Source: Actinomycetota bacterium (GTDB lineage Bacteria > Actinomycetota > Actinomycetes > S36-B12 > UBA5976). From it: a stretch of 64,000 nt of DNA. The position numbers were made by a program, and so were the translations under genes. How positions within the stretch are numbered: position 1 is the first letter of the stretch; each line of letters begins with the position of its first letter. Shown piece by piece: positions 39,103-48,697 of this stretch. Location of the stretch: NCBI GenBank assembly GCA_947452755.1, contig CANGDT010000001.1, positions 43,217 to 107,216 on the forward strand, given 5' to 3'. The notes under the pieces are model-generated. The model saw only the letters and a list, made by a program, of their open reading frames with translations, searched no databases and had not been told where the DNA came from.

Positions 39103-40431
39103 GTGTCCGCAATCAATTGGCCCGACCTGCCCGCTGCTCAACAACCGGAGTGGCCTGACCAAACCCGGTTGGCCCAGGCACGCGCCACGCTCGCAGTCCT
39201 ACCACCGCTAGTTTTCGCCGGTGAATGCGACGAACTCACCAACAAGCTTGCTGCTGCCGCTTCGGGCAACGCGTTTGTCCTGATGGGTGGGGATTGTGCC
39301 GAAACTTTTGCGGCAAATACCGCCGATTCCATTCGGGCTCGCCTCAAAACTGTCTTGCAGATGGCCATAGTGCTTACTTACGGTGCCTCGCTTCCCGTCG
39401 TCAAGATTGGTCGCATTGCTGGTCAATACGGTAAGCCACGCAGTTCAGGCATGGAAACAATTGATGGTGTCAGCCTTCCGTCCTACCGTGGCGATGCCGT
39501 TAATGGTTTAGATTTCACCGAAGAGTCGCGCATCCCAGACCCGATGCGCTTAGTTCAGATGTATCACGCAAGCGCATCGGCATTGAATCTTGTGCGTGCT
39601 TTCACCCAGGGTGGATACGCAGACCTTCGTCAGGTGCATTCGTGGAATCAAGATTTTGTGCACTCGTCAGCGCCAGGTCAGCGTTACGAATTAATGGCAG
39701 GCGAAATCGATCGCGCATTGGCTTTCATGGAAGCGTGTGGAACCGATCCTGAAGAGTTCCGTCGAGTTGATTTCTACGCAAGTCACGAAGCGTTGCTGCT
39801 CGATTACGAAAAGCCATTGACACGCGTGGATTCGCGCACCGGGAATCTGTATGACGTGTCTGGTCACTTCGTGTGGATTGGTGAACGTACTCGTGACCTC
39901 GATGGCGCACACATTGACTTCGCGAGCCGAATCAGCAACCCCATTGGTGTAAAGATTGGTCCGTCATCAACACCAGAAATCATTCTTGGATTGCTTGAGA
40001 AATTGAATCCTGAGCGCATCCCAGGTCGTTTGATGTTGATCACTCGCATGGGTGCGGGAAAAATTCGTGAAGTTCTTCCCGCAATTGTTGACGTCGTGAA
40101 GGAATCAGGTCATCCGGTTGTGTGGATGTGCGACCCAATGCATGGAAACACTCGCGAAGCGGCCACTGGGCACAAGACCCGTATATTTGATGATGTAGTT
40201 GACGAAGTCCGTGGCTTCTTTGAAGTTCATGCCACTGCTGGTACGCATCCAGGTGGAATCCACATCGAATTGACCGGTGACGATGTCACTGAATGCCTTG
40301 GTGGAATCAGTGGTGTCAGTGAAGCTGACCTTCCGTTCCGTTACGAAACGGCTTGTGACCCACGGTTAAACCGTGTGCAGAGTCTTGAATTGGCATTCAC
40401 TGTTGCCGACATGCTGCGCGCCGTTAAGTAA
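39103..40431 (+). CDS. aroG: Class II 3-deoxy-7-phosphoheptulonate (DAHP) synthase
   Basis: Type II DAHPS N-terminus W.DLPAAQQPEWPD and the CDPMHGNT motif; 442 aa. GTG start. Confidence 0.9.
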   Translation: MSAINWPDLPAAQQPEWPDQTRLAQARATLAVLPPLVFAGECDELTNKLAAAASGNAFVLMGGDCAETFAANTADSIRARLKTVLQMAIVLTYGASLPVVKIGRIAGQYGKPRSSGMETIDGVSLPSYRGDAVNGLDFTEESRIPDPMRLVQMYHASASALNLVRAFTQGGYADLRQVHSWNQDFVHSSAPGQRYELMAGEIDRALAFMEACGTDPEEFRRVDFYASHEALLLDYEKPLTRVDSRTGNLYDVSGHFVWIGERTRDLDGAHIDFASRISNPIGVKIGPSSTPEIILGLLEKLNPERIPGRLMLITRMGAGKIREVLPAIVDVVKESGHPVVWMCDPMHGNTREAATGHKTRIFDDVVDEVRGFFEVHATAGTHPGGIHIELTGDDVTECLGGISGVSEADLPFRYETACDPRLNRVQSLELAFTVADMLRAVK

Positions 40432-40435
40432 CGAC

Positions 40436-41353
40436 TTACGGCTCTAGGTGGGCGATTTTGCCTTCGGCGCTATGTCGTGGGCCTAGTTCAGCGATCAGTG
40501 TCCCTATCAAAATCAATCCAGCGCCTGCTGCGAGTTTGATTGTGAGTTCATCTGTACCAATCGTGACCCCAGCAATTGCCGCGAACACTGGCTCCATTGT
40601 CATGATGACGGCGGTACGTGTTGGCGTGATTTTGCTTTGCGCCCAGGTTTGAGCAAAGTAACCGAAGCAGGTGGCAAATACAGCCAAGAGCAAAATCGAC
40701 AGCCATTCAGAACGTCCTGGTGGCAGGGTAGGACCACCTTGGCTGATTGCACCGAGCGTAGAAAGCGCACCGACAACAGCAACTTGGATTGTTGTTAAAC
40801 CAAATGCGTGTTCGGGAAGTGACCATTGACCAAGGCCAACAATGTGTAAGGCAAACATGACCGCACACACCAACGTAATCATTTCGCCTCGCCCCAAGTG
40901 GCCTCCGTGGAACGACAACAGGCCAAGACCGATGGTTGTGATGATCACAGCAAGCCAAGTAACGCGGTCAACTTTTTCCCGAAGCAAAACCCAACTTAAA
41001 AGCGGCGCAATGACGACGAACATTCCAGTGATGAAACCTGCTGCGGTGACGGTCGATGTACCTAGGCCAATCAGTTGGAATAGGTAACCTGCCGCAAGTA
41101 GTCCGCCAAGTACAACACCATGAAACACGGTTGCTCGCGGTAGCCGAAACACTGCTTGGGGCCGAACGACGAAGAGAATGATGGCAGCCGCAGAAAAGCG
41201 CCAGGTCATGACGTCGATAGCCGACATGGTCTTGAGCAAGGTTTGATTCGTGACGAATGTCGGCCCCCAAATGAGGGTTGCCGCCATTAGCAGCGAAGTC
41301 GCTTGAAGTCTTGAGCGACGTGTTGACTGGGTGCTTACAAGCTGAGTGGACAA
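40436..41353 (-). CDS. DMT-superfamily (EamA) transporter
   Basis: About ten TM segments in a duplicated 5+5 arrangement; 305 aa. Confidence 0.75.
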   Translation of the reverse strand: MSTQLVSTQSTRRSRLQATSLLMAATLIWGPTFVTNQTLLKTMSAIDVMTWRFSAAAIILFVVRPQAVFRLPRATVFHGVVLGGLLAAGYLFQLIGLGTSTVTAAGFITGMFVVIAPLLSWVLLREKVDRVTWLAVIITTIGLGLLSFHGGHLGRGEMITLVCAVMFALHIVGLGQWSLPEHAFGLTTIQVAVVGALSTLGAISQGGPTLPPGRSEWLSILLLAVFATCFGYFAQTWAQSKITPTRTAVIMTMEPVFAAIAGVTIGTDELTIKLAAGAGLILIGTLIAELGPRHSAEGKIAHLEP

Positions 41354-41355
41354 GG

Positions 41356-43248
41356 CTAGAGAACCAGAATGATGGTCACGGTCGCGCCGCGAACAAGCTT
41401 TGTGCCTGCAGCAGGGGACTGTGATGCGACGTACCGATTTCCACCGAAGGCTGATTGTGTTGCTACCTTAAAGCCAGCATCTGTCAGAGTCTGGGTGGCC
41501 GCTGACTTGGTCATACCTACGACATTTGGCACAGCGACTAACGGCGGACCGTTGCTGACTGTCACATTGATGACAGTGCCCTTTGGAACAGTCGTGCCTG
41601 GTGCAGGCGTGCTCTTGATGACGGTGCCCTTGGCGCTGTTGTCGTAAATACGTTCGGTCACGGCAAGGTCGAGGCCGACAGCCTTCAGTGCAACAGTGGC
41701 CTCGGCAGTTGATTGCCCCACGATTGCGGGTACAGGGACCGGCTTTGGACCCTTAGAAATAATCAAGGTAACTTCGGCGCCACGTTTTACTTTTGCCCCT
41801 GGCAACGGATTGGATGTGACAACTAGTCCAAGAGTAATTTTCTCGTTGAACACCGCTTGGGTTCCCGCCACAACAAGTGTCAAATCTTTAAGTTCCGCGG
41901 TTGCTGTGGTGACATCTTTACCAGCGAGGTCGCTGGGAATAATGAACCGTTCAGGTCCTGCAGAAATAACCACAGAAAGTCGCGAACCCTTGTGGATCTT
42001 TGCGCCAGCTTTTGGATCAGTGCTAATGACTGAACCCTTCGCAACGGATTCAGAGAACCCTGTCGTCACATCGGAAGGAATTCCAGCGTCAGTGAGAACT
42101 TTTTGGGCAGCATCTGCTGTCTGGTTAACAACATCGGGGACAGTCTGTGAGTTTCCTGCATTGACGAAATAAGCTCCCACACCAAGTAGTGCCACGAGTA
42201 GCACTACTGCGAGCCGACGGCGTCGACGCTTCGGATCTGCAGGCTTGCGACCTTTGGTTCGACGGGCTGTAGTAGTCGTAGCGCGATGGGCTCCGGTACC
42301 CACGGCGGTCTGACGCGCAGTGTTGTCCCGTACTGCGGGAATCACCATCGTGTCGGAGTTTGACGGAAGTGCCATAGAGAGTGCTTCGGCCGCTGGCACA
42401 GCCACCTGTGCACGAGCAACACCGTCGGCGAAAATCCGCGCAGATTGAATTCGGTCGTTGACATTGCGACGCGTTGCACCGAGAACCAAATGATCGATGG
42501 CCGGTGGAATGTCTGGTTGGAAAGTACTTGGCGCAGGCACATCTTCATTGACATGGCGGTAAGCAACCTCAAGCGGCGTCGAACCCACATAAGGGACACG
42601 ACCTGTGACGAGCTCAAAAAGCAAGATGCCAGCTGCGTAGACGTCGCAACGCTGATCGACGGGAAGTTGTTGGACCTGCTCTGGTGCAAGATAAGCCATT
42701 GTGCCTAGGAGTACGCCACCTGTGGTCTGGCTAATGGGTTGTTCGCTAATGACGCGAGCAAGGCCGAAATCCGTGACCTTAATGTGCCCATCGCTGGTAA
42801 TGAGAACGTTTTCCGGCTTGATGTCACGGTGTACAAACCCACCGTCGTGCGCAGCTGAAAGACCAGCAAGTACTGCGCGCATAATTTCAAGTGCATGAGC
42901 TGGAGTAAGTGGACCGTTTTGCTGGAGGACTTCGCGAATCGTTCGTCCAGCGACGAACTCCATAACGATGAATGGGAAACCGTTATGTACACCGGTGTCG
43001 TGAACAGCAACAACATTGGGGTGCTGAAGTGAGGCAGTGGCGCGTGCTTCGTGAACAAAACGGTCGACAAATGCCGAATCCTGAGCGAGTGTGCCGGCTA
43101 AGACTTTTAGTGCAACTGTGCGGCTGAGGCGAAGATCGGTGGCGCGGTAGACCGTGGCCATACCGCCGCGAGCTACAAGCTCTTCAACACGATATCGCTC
43201 GTCGATAATTGCGCCCACAAATGGGTCTGGGGTCAGTGTTCCGCTCAC
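41356..43248 (-). CDS. Ser/Thr protein kinase with four extracellular PASTA domains (PknL/PknB type)
   Basis: Kinase motifs HRDIKPENVLI, DFGLAR and YLAPEQ, then a TM segment, then four approximately 65-aa PASTA-like repeats (e.g. VPDVVNQTADAAQKVLTDAG). Confidence 0.9.
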   Translation of the reverse strand: MSGTLTPDPFVGAIIDERYRVEELVARGGMATVYRATDLRLSRTVALKVLAGTLAQDSAFVDRFVHEARATASLQHPNVVAVHDTGVHNGFPFIVMEFVAGRTIREVLQQNGPLTPAHALEIMRAVLAGLSAAHDGGFVHRDIKPENVLITSDGHIKVTDFGLARVISEQPISQTTGGVLLGTMAYLAPEQVQQLPVDQRCDVYAAGILLFELVTGRVPYVGSTPLEVAYRHVNEDVPAPSTFQPDIPPAIDHLVLGATRRNVNDRIQSARIFADGVARAQVAVPAAEALSMALPSNSDTMVIPAVRDNTARQTAVGTGAHRATTTTARRTKGRKPADPKRRRRRLAVVLLVALLGVGAYFVNAGNSQTVPDVVNQTADAAQKVLTDAGIPSDVTTGFSESVAKGSVISTDPKAGAKIHKGSRLSVVISAGPERFIIPSDLAGKDVTTATAELKDLTLVVAGTQAVFNEKITLGLVVTSNPLPGAKVKRGAEVTLIISKGPKPVPVPAIVGQSTAEATVALKAVGLDLAVTERIYDNSAKGTVIKSTPAPGTTVPKGTVINVTVSNGPPLVAVPNVVGMTKSAATQTLTDAGFKVATQSAFGGNRYVASQSPAAGTKLVRGATVTIILVL

Positions 43249-43343
43249 CGTTGCAGTCTATTTGACGCTTATGTCACGGCGCTCAGCACCTCTGCCGAGT
43301 AGATTCGTATCTAGGTATTGCACTCCACAAAAGGAATTCACTA

Positions 43344-43694
43344 ATGGCACACTTCGCGTATTTAGCGATTCTCGTTGCGTGTTTGTGCGGTACGGCACTT
43401 CTTGAACTAGTGCTTCGCGCACGCGTTTACTCCAAACCCCAACGGCTATTTCTCAGTGCCTTTCCCGTCGTTGTGATCTTCACTCTGTGGGACATTTATG
43501 CAATAGGGCAGGGACACTGGACCTTTGATCCGCGCTATGTCACCGGAATTTCTGTGATTGCCAACGTGCCGCTTGAAGAAGTGTGTTTCTTTATAGCGAT
43601 TCCACTGTGTTCCATTTTGACGCTCGAGGCAGTACGAAGCGTGCGCGGCTGGACAGTCGGCGACGAGGTCAGCGAACCTGGTGAACGTCCATGA
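43344..43694 (+). CDS. crtYc: Lycopene cyclase domain protein, heterodimeric cyclase subunit
   Basis: About 116-aa three-TM protein with VPLEEVCFFIAIPL (the PxEE motif of the lycopene-cyclase domain). ATGA overlap with the second subunit. Confidence 0.75.
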   Translation: MAHFAYLAILVACLCGTALLELVLRARVYSKPQRLFLSAFPVVVIFTLWDIYAIGQGHWTFDPRYVTGISVIANVPLEEVCFFIAIPLCSILTLEAVRSVRGWTVGDEVSEPGERP

Positions 43695-44062
43695 CATACA
43701 CGCAGTTAGCACTCACGGGAGTTACCGTTGCTGTGGTGCTGGATTTGTTTATTTTCCAGACGCGCCTAGTCACTCGCAAAGTCTTTTGGACCTCTTACGC
43801 CATCATCATCACGTTCCAGCTGATAACAAATGGCATCCTGACAGGGCTGCGTATCGTTCGATACAACGGTGACGCCATCCTCGGCTCCAGCACGCCAGCG
43901 AATCACGCGCCACCATTCATGGGCGAGGGCCGCATAGCCTTCGCGCCAGTTGAAGACCTTTTCTTTGGATATGCACTAGTACTGCTGACGCTAGTTCTCT
44001 GGGTATGGAACGGCCGACGTGGCATTCAACGCGAACCACTCAGTGGACCGCCGCGCATATAA
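43691..44062 (+). CDS. crtYd: Lycopene cyclase domain protein, heterodimeric cyclase subunit
   Basis: About 123-aa three-TM protein with APVEDLFFGYALVL (the PxED motif). It is paired with crtYc, as in Brevibacterium and Mycobacterium-type cyclases. Confidence 0.75.
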   Translation: MTYTQLALTGVTVAVVLDLFIFQTRLVTRKVFWTSYAIIITFQLITNGILTGLRIVRYNGDAILGSSTPANHAPPFMGEGRIAFAPVEDLFFGYALVLLTLVLWVWNGRRGIQREPLSGPPRI

Positions 44063-44070
44063 CCACCTAG

Positions 44071-44130
44071 CGCAATTCTTATCCTGCGCTGCTCGGTCAG
44101 CGCAATTCTTATCCTGCGCTGCTCGGTCAG
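44071..44130. repeat. Perfect 2 x 30-bp tandem duplication (cgcaattcttatcctgcgctgctcggtcag)
   Basis: Identical copies at 44071-44100 and 44101-44130, with partial unit matches on both flanks (ag / cgca). Each unit contains an agcgca-N10-tgcgct hairpin. The second copy carries the crtB stop codon. Confidence 0.95.
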
Positions 44131-45032
44131 CGCAGTGCCTGAGTGCGCACCCAAGCGGGAAGCGCAACTCGGAGTCGACGAGCTAACGACACCGTTGCGC
44201 GTTTAGTAAACACTTCGTAATCGATATCTTCGACAGCATCGACAATTCCGCAATAAAGAACTCGTGCAGTCTCGATGCACGGGCGCGCTTCGGGACTCAA
44301 CATCGAAATTCCAGCACGCGATTTTTCTTCCAAATCCCGCACCCGTGTAATTTGTTCTCGCAATGCAGCTTTAACGGCCGGTGTCGCAATGCGCTGTTCC
44401 AGAACTTCACGAGTGACACCATGTTTGGCCAACTCTGACATTGGTAGGTAGACGCGGCCTCGTTCAAGATCCTCGTCAACGTCTCTAATGAAGTTCGCAA
44501 GTTGGAATGCCACACCTAATTCCGTCGCATGGGTGTATGCCGCAGCATCGTTGGGTTCAAGGATTGGCACCATCTGCAATCCGATGACCGCAGCGGACCC
44601 ATAAACGTATTCATACAGGTCGTCGAAAGTGTTGTATTCGGTGACAGTGAGGTCCATCGTCATTGAATGCAAAAATGCCTCAAAATGCTCACGCGGAATA
44701 TTCCAGCGGTGCACTGTATCTAAAACAGCTGCACAGATCGGGTCGTCACTTGTGGGCTGATCATATTGCGCTAAGAACGCATTACCCCAATGTGCAAGTT
44801 GTTCAGCCTTCTGAGCATCGGTCAGCTTCGAGGCTAGGTCATCCACAATTTCGTCGGCATATCGAGCAAACCCATACAGCGCGTGCACGTAAGGCCGCTT
44901 TTCTGGCGGTAGCAGGAGTGTTGCTAAGTAGTAAGTCTTTCCGTGCTTTGCATTTAATTGACGGCACAACTCATACGATTTGCGTAGTGCAGGATCGGTG
45001 ATTCCAGCTGCATCTAGATCGCGAGACGACAT
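44127..45032 (-). CDS. crtB: Phytoene synthase
   Basis: Squalene/phytoene synthase signatures YGFARYADEIVDD and LANFIRDVDEDLERGRVYLP. Confidence 0.9.
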   Translation of the reverse strand: MSSRDLDAAGITDPALRKSYELCRQLNAKHGKTYYLATLLLPPEKRPYVHALYGFARYADEIVDDLASKLTDAQKAEQLAHWGNAFLAQYDQPTSDDPICAAVLDTVHRWNIPREHFEAFLHSMTMDLTVTEYNTFDDLYEYVYGSAAVIGLQMVPILEPNDAAAYTHATELGVAFQLANFIRDVDEDLERGRVYLPMSELAKHGVTREVLEQRIATPAVKAALREQITRVRDLEEKSRAGISMLSPEARPCIETARVLYCGIVDAVEDIDYEVFTKRATVSLARRLRVALPAWVRTQALR

Positions 45033-45144
45033 GACAGCAACCTTAACTTGTTCACCAGAACTCTGCGCATGCGCGGCGCGAAGGTAGAGTTAGGTGAAAT
45101 TCTTTTCGCGGTTCAACGTTAAACAAACAAAATTGAGGTTACGG

Positions 45145-45588
45145 GTGGTCAGTCCAAATCCGGGATTATTAGCGGCACTTGTGCGCACGGGTAACCTGTC
45201 GGGAATTTTGCGGTGGAAGGTGAACCTCAGCGCCGATGTCGTGCTTGGAGAGGCAACACAGTGTGCATGGACTGGAACATGGATCGACACATCGACTCTC
45301 ACTGATCTGGACACTGTTTTGCGCCAGTTTGCTCACGAACTCAATTTCCCTGATTACTTCGATCGCACGACCCCGGCACTGGGTGAATTTTTAGCGGATG
45401 TACTTTCTGGTGAAAACAAGAGATTTATTGTCTGGTCCGGCTGGCAAGATTTTGTGCGTTCAGACGCCGAACAGGCGCAAGCGGTAGCGCAGGCACTGGA
45501 CTACGTCGGTGTGCAGCACGGTAGGCCGATTTTTGTAGTTGATTCAGCTGGCGACTTCCCAGAAATCGCTGAATTGGCACAAATGTAA
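45145..45588 (+). CDS. Barstar-like (RNase-inhibitor family) domain protein
   Basis: LTDLDTVLRQFAHELNFPDYFDRTTPALGEFLADVL...FIVWSGWQDF parallels Bacillus barstar [32 protein letters not shown]...LEWRQFEQ. The start is set to GTG 45145 (GAGG RBS 6 nt upstream); the track start at 45094 is possible. Confidence 0.55.
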   Translation: MVSPNPGLLAALVRTGNLSGILRWKVNLSADVVLGEATQCAWTGTWIDTSTLTDLDTVLRQFAHELNFPDYFDRTTPALGEFLADVLSGENKRFIVWSGWQDFVRSDAEQAQAVAQALDYVGVQHGRPIFVVDSAGDFPEIAELAQM

Positions 45589-45596
45589 TTTTGCGC

Positions 45597-47198
45597 TTAG
45601 TGCAAGACTGCGGTTGCGGCTCTTAATTCTTGACTTGCATTCAACGGCGCAATCCCGCGAGTTTCATCTCCACCAATCAGAAGTTTGCGCTCACGTGTTG
45701 ATGCGAGCGCGGCGAGCACCAAAGTAGCCCCTGCGAGCAACATGGCAACACCGTCTGAGATTTCAATAAAAGTGTCCGAAGTTGCGCTGGCATATGCGAC
45801 ACCATGAATGGTGAATGCAGCAATGGTCAGCATCATCCAACGCATGTGGCGCGGACGTAGTCCGGTTGCAGCCAGAAGTGGAAATGACCACAACAGGTAC
45901 CACGGTTGAACAACTGGTCCGCATGCGACAAGAGCGAGAAAAGCTAGAGCAGCGCCTCGCGTTGCCGAGCGACCTTGCGGGCGCACAACCAGAAAAATTA
46001 ATAGTGCGGCGAGAACCAGCGAACCAATGGCGCGAATTGCAGCAATGATGACCACGTCGTGGTGACCAAGTCCGAAGAATTGCACAACTGACGACAGGAG
46101 CATGCCTGCAACAGTCGTAGGTGAAAGCCAACTGTGCACCGAGCCCGTGGTCGATAGCGCAGAAAGCCAACCAAATGGACCAACGCCTGCGAAGGTTGAC
46201 ATTCCGACGAGAGCAAAGAGAGCCAGAGTTGCAGTTGCTGCGCCGTAGCCAATTCGTTTGCGCCAATGTGCGTGCGTTCCAGCGATAATCAGTGCGACAA
46301 ACGGGAGTACGACGACACCGACTGGTTTGACACCCAAAGCCAACGTTCCTGCGATCGTTGCCAGAAACCAATGTCTATAGAGGGCCAGAACAAGTGCAAG
46401 ACAAACGAATGCAACCATCAACGCATCATTGTGGGCTCCGGCGATGAAGTGCATAAAGATAAGTGGATTCATGACACCCAACCAGAATGCTTGAATGTCG
46501 TTGATTCCGTGGTGGCGTGAAATCACTGGTATGCAGATTGCAATGGCGATGACACCAATTACTGCGAGCGCTCGGAAAATATAACTCGCAAGCAGGGCCG
46601 AGTCCCCAGCCAGCTGGGCAACATATTTTTCAATGAGCAAGAACACTGGGCCATAGGGAGTCTTTGCTTCACCCCACAGTGGGTCGACACCGCTGGAAAA
46701 CCAACCTGGAACCAGTGCAACACCTGAACTGTAGGGATTATGCCCCTCAAGTTGCATGCGCCCTTGCATGTAATACGAGTACACATCTCGGCTGAACAGT
46801 GGCGGCGCTATGAGTAATGGAAGAACCCATGCGGTCATTGCGATATGAAGTGTGCGTAATTGCTTGATGCTTCCAGCTAATGCGTCGCTGCCGGCAACAA
46901 GCCAGGCCTGCAGAAGAAGGGCGGCACCCACAACAACAAACGAGCGAGATAGCGCCAATCCAAGCGTTTGGGTTTGCAGAAAGTTAACTAGTGTCCATTC
47001 CTGTGCATGTGCAGAAAGTGGAAACCAACCCACGCCGAAACTTCCAAAGGCAATAAACGAGGTACCCAAAAAACCTGGAAGGGCATACAGCGACCACACC
47101 ACGTGATCCGTCGATGTTGTGCTTTCGTTTGCTTGGGTGCTCACCCAAATTAGGTTAGCGGGATTAACGCAACGCGCGTGACCGATACGAGCGGTCAA
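45597..47198 (-). CDS. GT-C polyprenol-phosphomannose-dependent alpha-1,6-mannosyltransferase (MptA/MptB-like)
   Basis: Large polytopic protein with PPLFSRDVYSYYMQGRM and DPLWGEAKTPYGPVF, as I recall for MptA/MptB. It occupies the Rv2174-equivalent position next to idsA. The start is uncertain: TTG 47198 overlaps crtI by 35 bp, and GTG 47144 is an alternative. Confidence 0.65.
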   Translation of the reverse strand: MTARIGHARCVNPANLIWVSTQANESTTSTDHVVWSLYALPGFLGTSFIAFGSFGVGWFPLSAHAQEWTLVNFLQTQTLGLALSRSFVVVGAALLLQAWLVAGSDALAGSIKQLRTLHIAMTAWVLPLLIAPPLFSRDVYSYYMQGRMQLEGHNPYSSGVALVPGWFSSGVDPLWGEAKTPYGPVFLLIEKYVAQLAGDSALLASYIFRALAVIGVIAIAICIPVISRHHGINDIQAFWLGVMNPLIFMHFIAGAHNDALMVAFVCLALVLALYRHWFLATIAGTLALGVKPVGVVVLPFVALIIAGTHAHWRKRIGYGAATATLALFALVGMSTFAGVGPFGWLSALSTTGSVHSWLSPTTVAGMLLSSVVQFFGLGHHDVVIIAAIRAIGSLVLAALLIFLVVRPQGRSATRGAALAFLALVACGPVVQPWYLLWSFPLLAATGLRPRHMRWMMLTIAAFTIHGVAYASATSDTFIEISDGVAMLLAGATLVLAALASTRERKLLIGGDETRGIAPLNASQELRAATAVLH

Positions 47199-48696
47199 TG
47201 CCAGTGATACGTTCTGCGGCTAAGCGGCCAGAGACTAAAACCATAGGCACGCCAACGCCTGGCTGGGTACCTGAGCCGGTAAAGACAACATTGTCGCCAA
47301 ACATATTTCCTGGCCGGAAGGGCCCTGTTTGGAGGAACGAATGTGCGGCCGCGAACGGTGCGCCACGTTCCATGCCACGATCTGCCCAATCTTGAGGTGT
47401 GGTGATGTGTTCAACTTCAATGCTGTCACCGAACCCGTTGTAGCCGCGCTCTTCCAGTGTGGCAATCACGTGCTCGCGGTACCGAGGAGATTCCTTCGCC
47501 CAGTCAATGTTGGCATCTAAGTTTGGTGTGGGGAACAGAACGTAATAAATCTGTTTGCCATCAGGTGCTAATGACGGGTCGCCGTGCGTCGGGTTGGTCA
47601 CGAGAACACTTGGGTCCGACATAAGCGTCTTTTTGTTGATGAGCTCGTCAAATACACCAGCCCAACTCTTTCCAAAGTGAATGTTGTGGTGCGCAACGTG
47701 GTCGTACGATGCTGAAGAACCCGCCAAGAGCAAGTAACACGATGGTGAATATTTTAATCGCTTGACGCTCCATGGCTCCTGGCCGAGTAAGTCGCGGTAG
47801 GCAATCGGTAGATCAGGATTCAATACAACGACATCAGCAGGAATAAATTCGCCAGTTGCGGTTTCAACTCCTGTTGCTCGCGTTCCATTCATGACAACTT
47901 TTGTTACTTCGGTGTCGAACTTGAAGGTCACACCATGTTTCTGGGCTGCTGCAGCCATTGCGCTAGGGACAGCGTGCATTCCACCCTTAGGAAAGAAGAC
48001 TCCAGCGACCGAATCCATGTAAGCGATAACGGCATAAATTGCCAGTGCGTCGTACGGTGACAAGCCTGCATACATCGCTTGGAATGAATAGATACGTTGT
48101 GTGCGGTCATCCTTGAGGTACTGGCTGACTTTTGGCATCAACTTGCGGAAACCACCAATTCTGAGCAAATTCGCAAAGTCGCCTGAAAGTAAATCAAGGG
48201 GTGAATCAATGTTGCGGTCGATGAAACTACGCATCTCGTATTTATAGAGATCCGATACAAACTCCACATACTTGCGGTATCCGTTTGCTTCGCTGGTGCC
48301 GATGACGCGTTCAATTTCCGCAGCCATGTCGTCAACATTCGCATGGACATCTAGAACACTGCCGTCTGCGTAAAAAGATCGGTACAACGGTGCAACTGGT
48401 TCGAGTTCCAGCCAGTCGCTCATCTCTTCGCCCAGGCTGTCGAAGGCGTCGGCAATCAGGTCAGGCATTGTTAATACGGTCGGGCCATTGTCGAATTCGA
48501 ATCCGTTGTCGCTGATACGACCGGCCCGCCCGCCTGGAATGCTTTCGCGTTCGACGACCGTCACTGTTCGCCCAGCTCCAGCAAGACGCATTGCAGCCGA
48601 GAGACCAGCCAAGCCGGCACCGACAATGACCACATTGTCGGTTGGTCCGCTTACGGTGCGTGGAGTTCCGTTTGGAATCCAGCGTGAGATCGACAT
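47164..48696 (-). CDS. crtI: Phytoene desaturase
   Basis: VVIVGAGLAGLSAAMRLAGAGRTVTVVE FAD motif and the C-terminal bacterial phytoene-desaturase signature FTGSGTQPGVGVPMVLVSGRLAAERI. The start is set to MSISRW (48696), 1 bp after the crtE stop. Confidence 0.88.
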   Translation of the reverse strand: MSISRWIPNGTPRTVSGPTDNVVIVGAGLAGLSAAMRLAGAGRTVTVVERESIPGGRAGRISDNGFEFDNGPTVLTMPDLIADAFDSLGEEMSDWLELEPVAPLYRSFYADGSVLDVHANVDDMAAEIERVIGTSEANGYRKYVEFVSDLYKYEMRSFIDRNIDSPLDLLSGDFANLLRIGGFRKLMPKVSQYLKDDRTQRIYSFQAMYAGLSPYDALAIYAVIAYMDSVAGVFFPKGGMHAVPSAMAAAAQKHGVTFKFDTEVTKVVMNGTRATGVETATGEFIPADVVVLNPDLPIAYRDLLGQEPWSVKRLKYSPSCYLLLAGSSASYDHVAHHNIHFGKSWAGVFDELINKKTLMSDPSVLVTNPTHGDPSLAPDGKQIYYVLFPTPNLDANIDWAKESPRYREHVIATLEERGYNGFGDSIEVEHITTPQDWADRGMERGAPFAAAHSFLQTGPFRPGNMFGDNVVFTGSGTQPGVGVPMVLVSGRLAAERITGIDRSYRSRALR

Positions 48697-48697
48697 G

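Noticed and set aside
43249-43343. Search for a light-responsive (LitR/CarH-type) operator or clear promoter in the kinase/crtYc divergent region
   Set aside because: A TTGACG hexamer (43262-43267) has no acceptable -10 element at 16-18 bp. No convincing inverted repeat is present, and no MerR/LitR-type regulator gene is in the window.
45065-45074. Perfect 10-bp palindrome gcgcatgcgc in the crtB/barstar-like divergent region as a candidate operator
   Set aside because: It is too short and too GC-rich to distinguish from chance in this genome. It is not repeated elsewhere in the carotenoid locus.
45094-45588. Reading the barstar-like gene as half of a toxin-immunity (barnase/barstar) module
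   Set aside because: No ribonuclease or toxin-like ORF is adjacent or anywhere in the window. Only the inhibitor-like gene is supported, so no two-gene system is called.
45763-46371. 202-aa minus-strand ORF inside the MptA-like gene
   Set aside because: It is an alternative frame of the same strand. The Arg/Cys-rich product is implausible, while the main frame encodes a coherent polytopic membrane protein.
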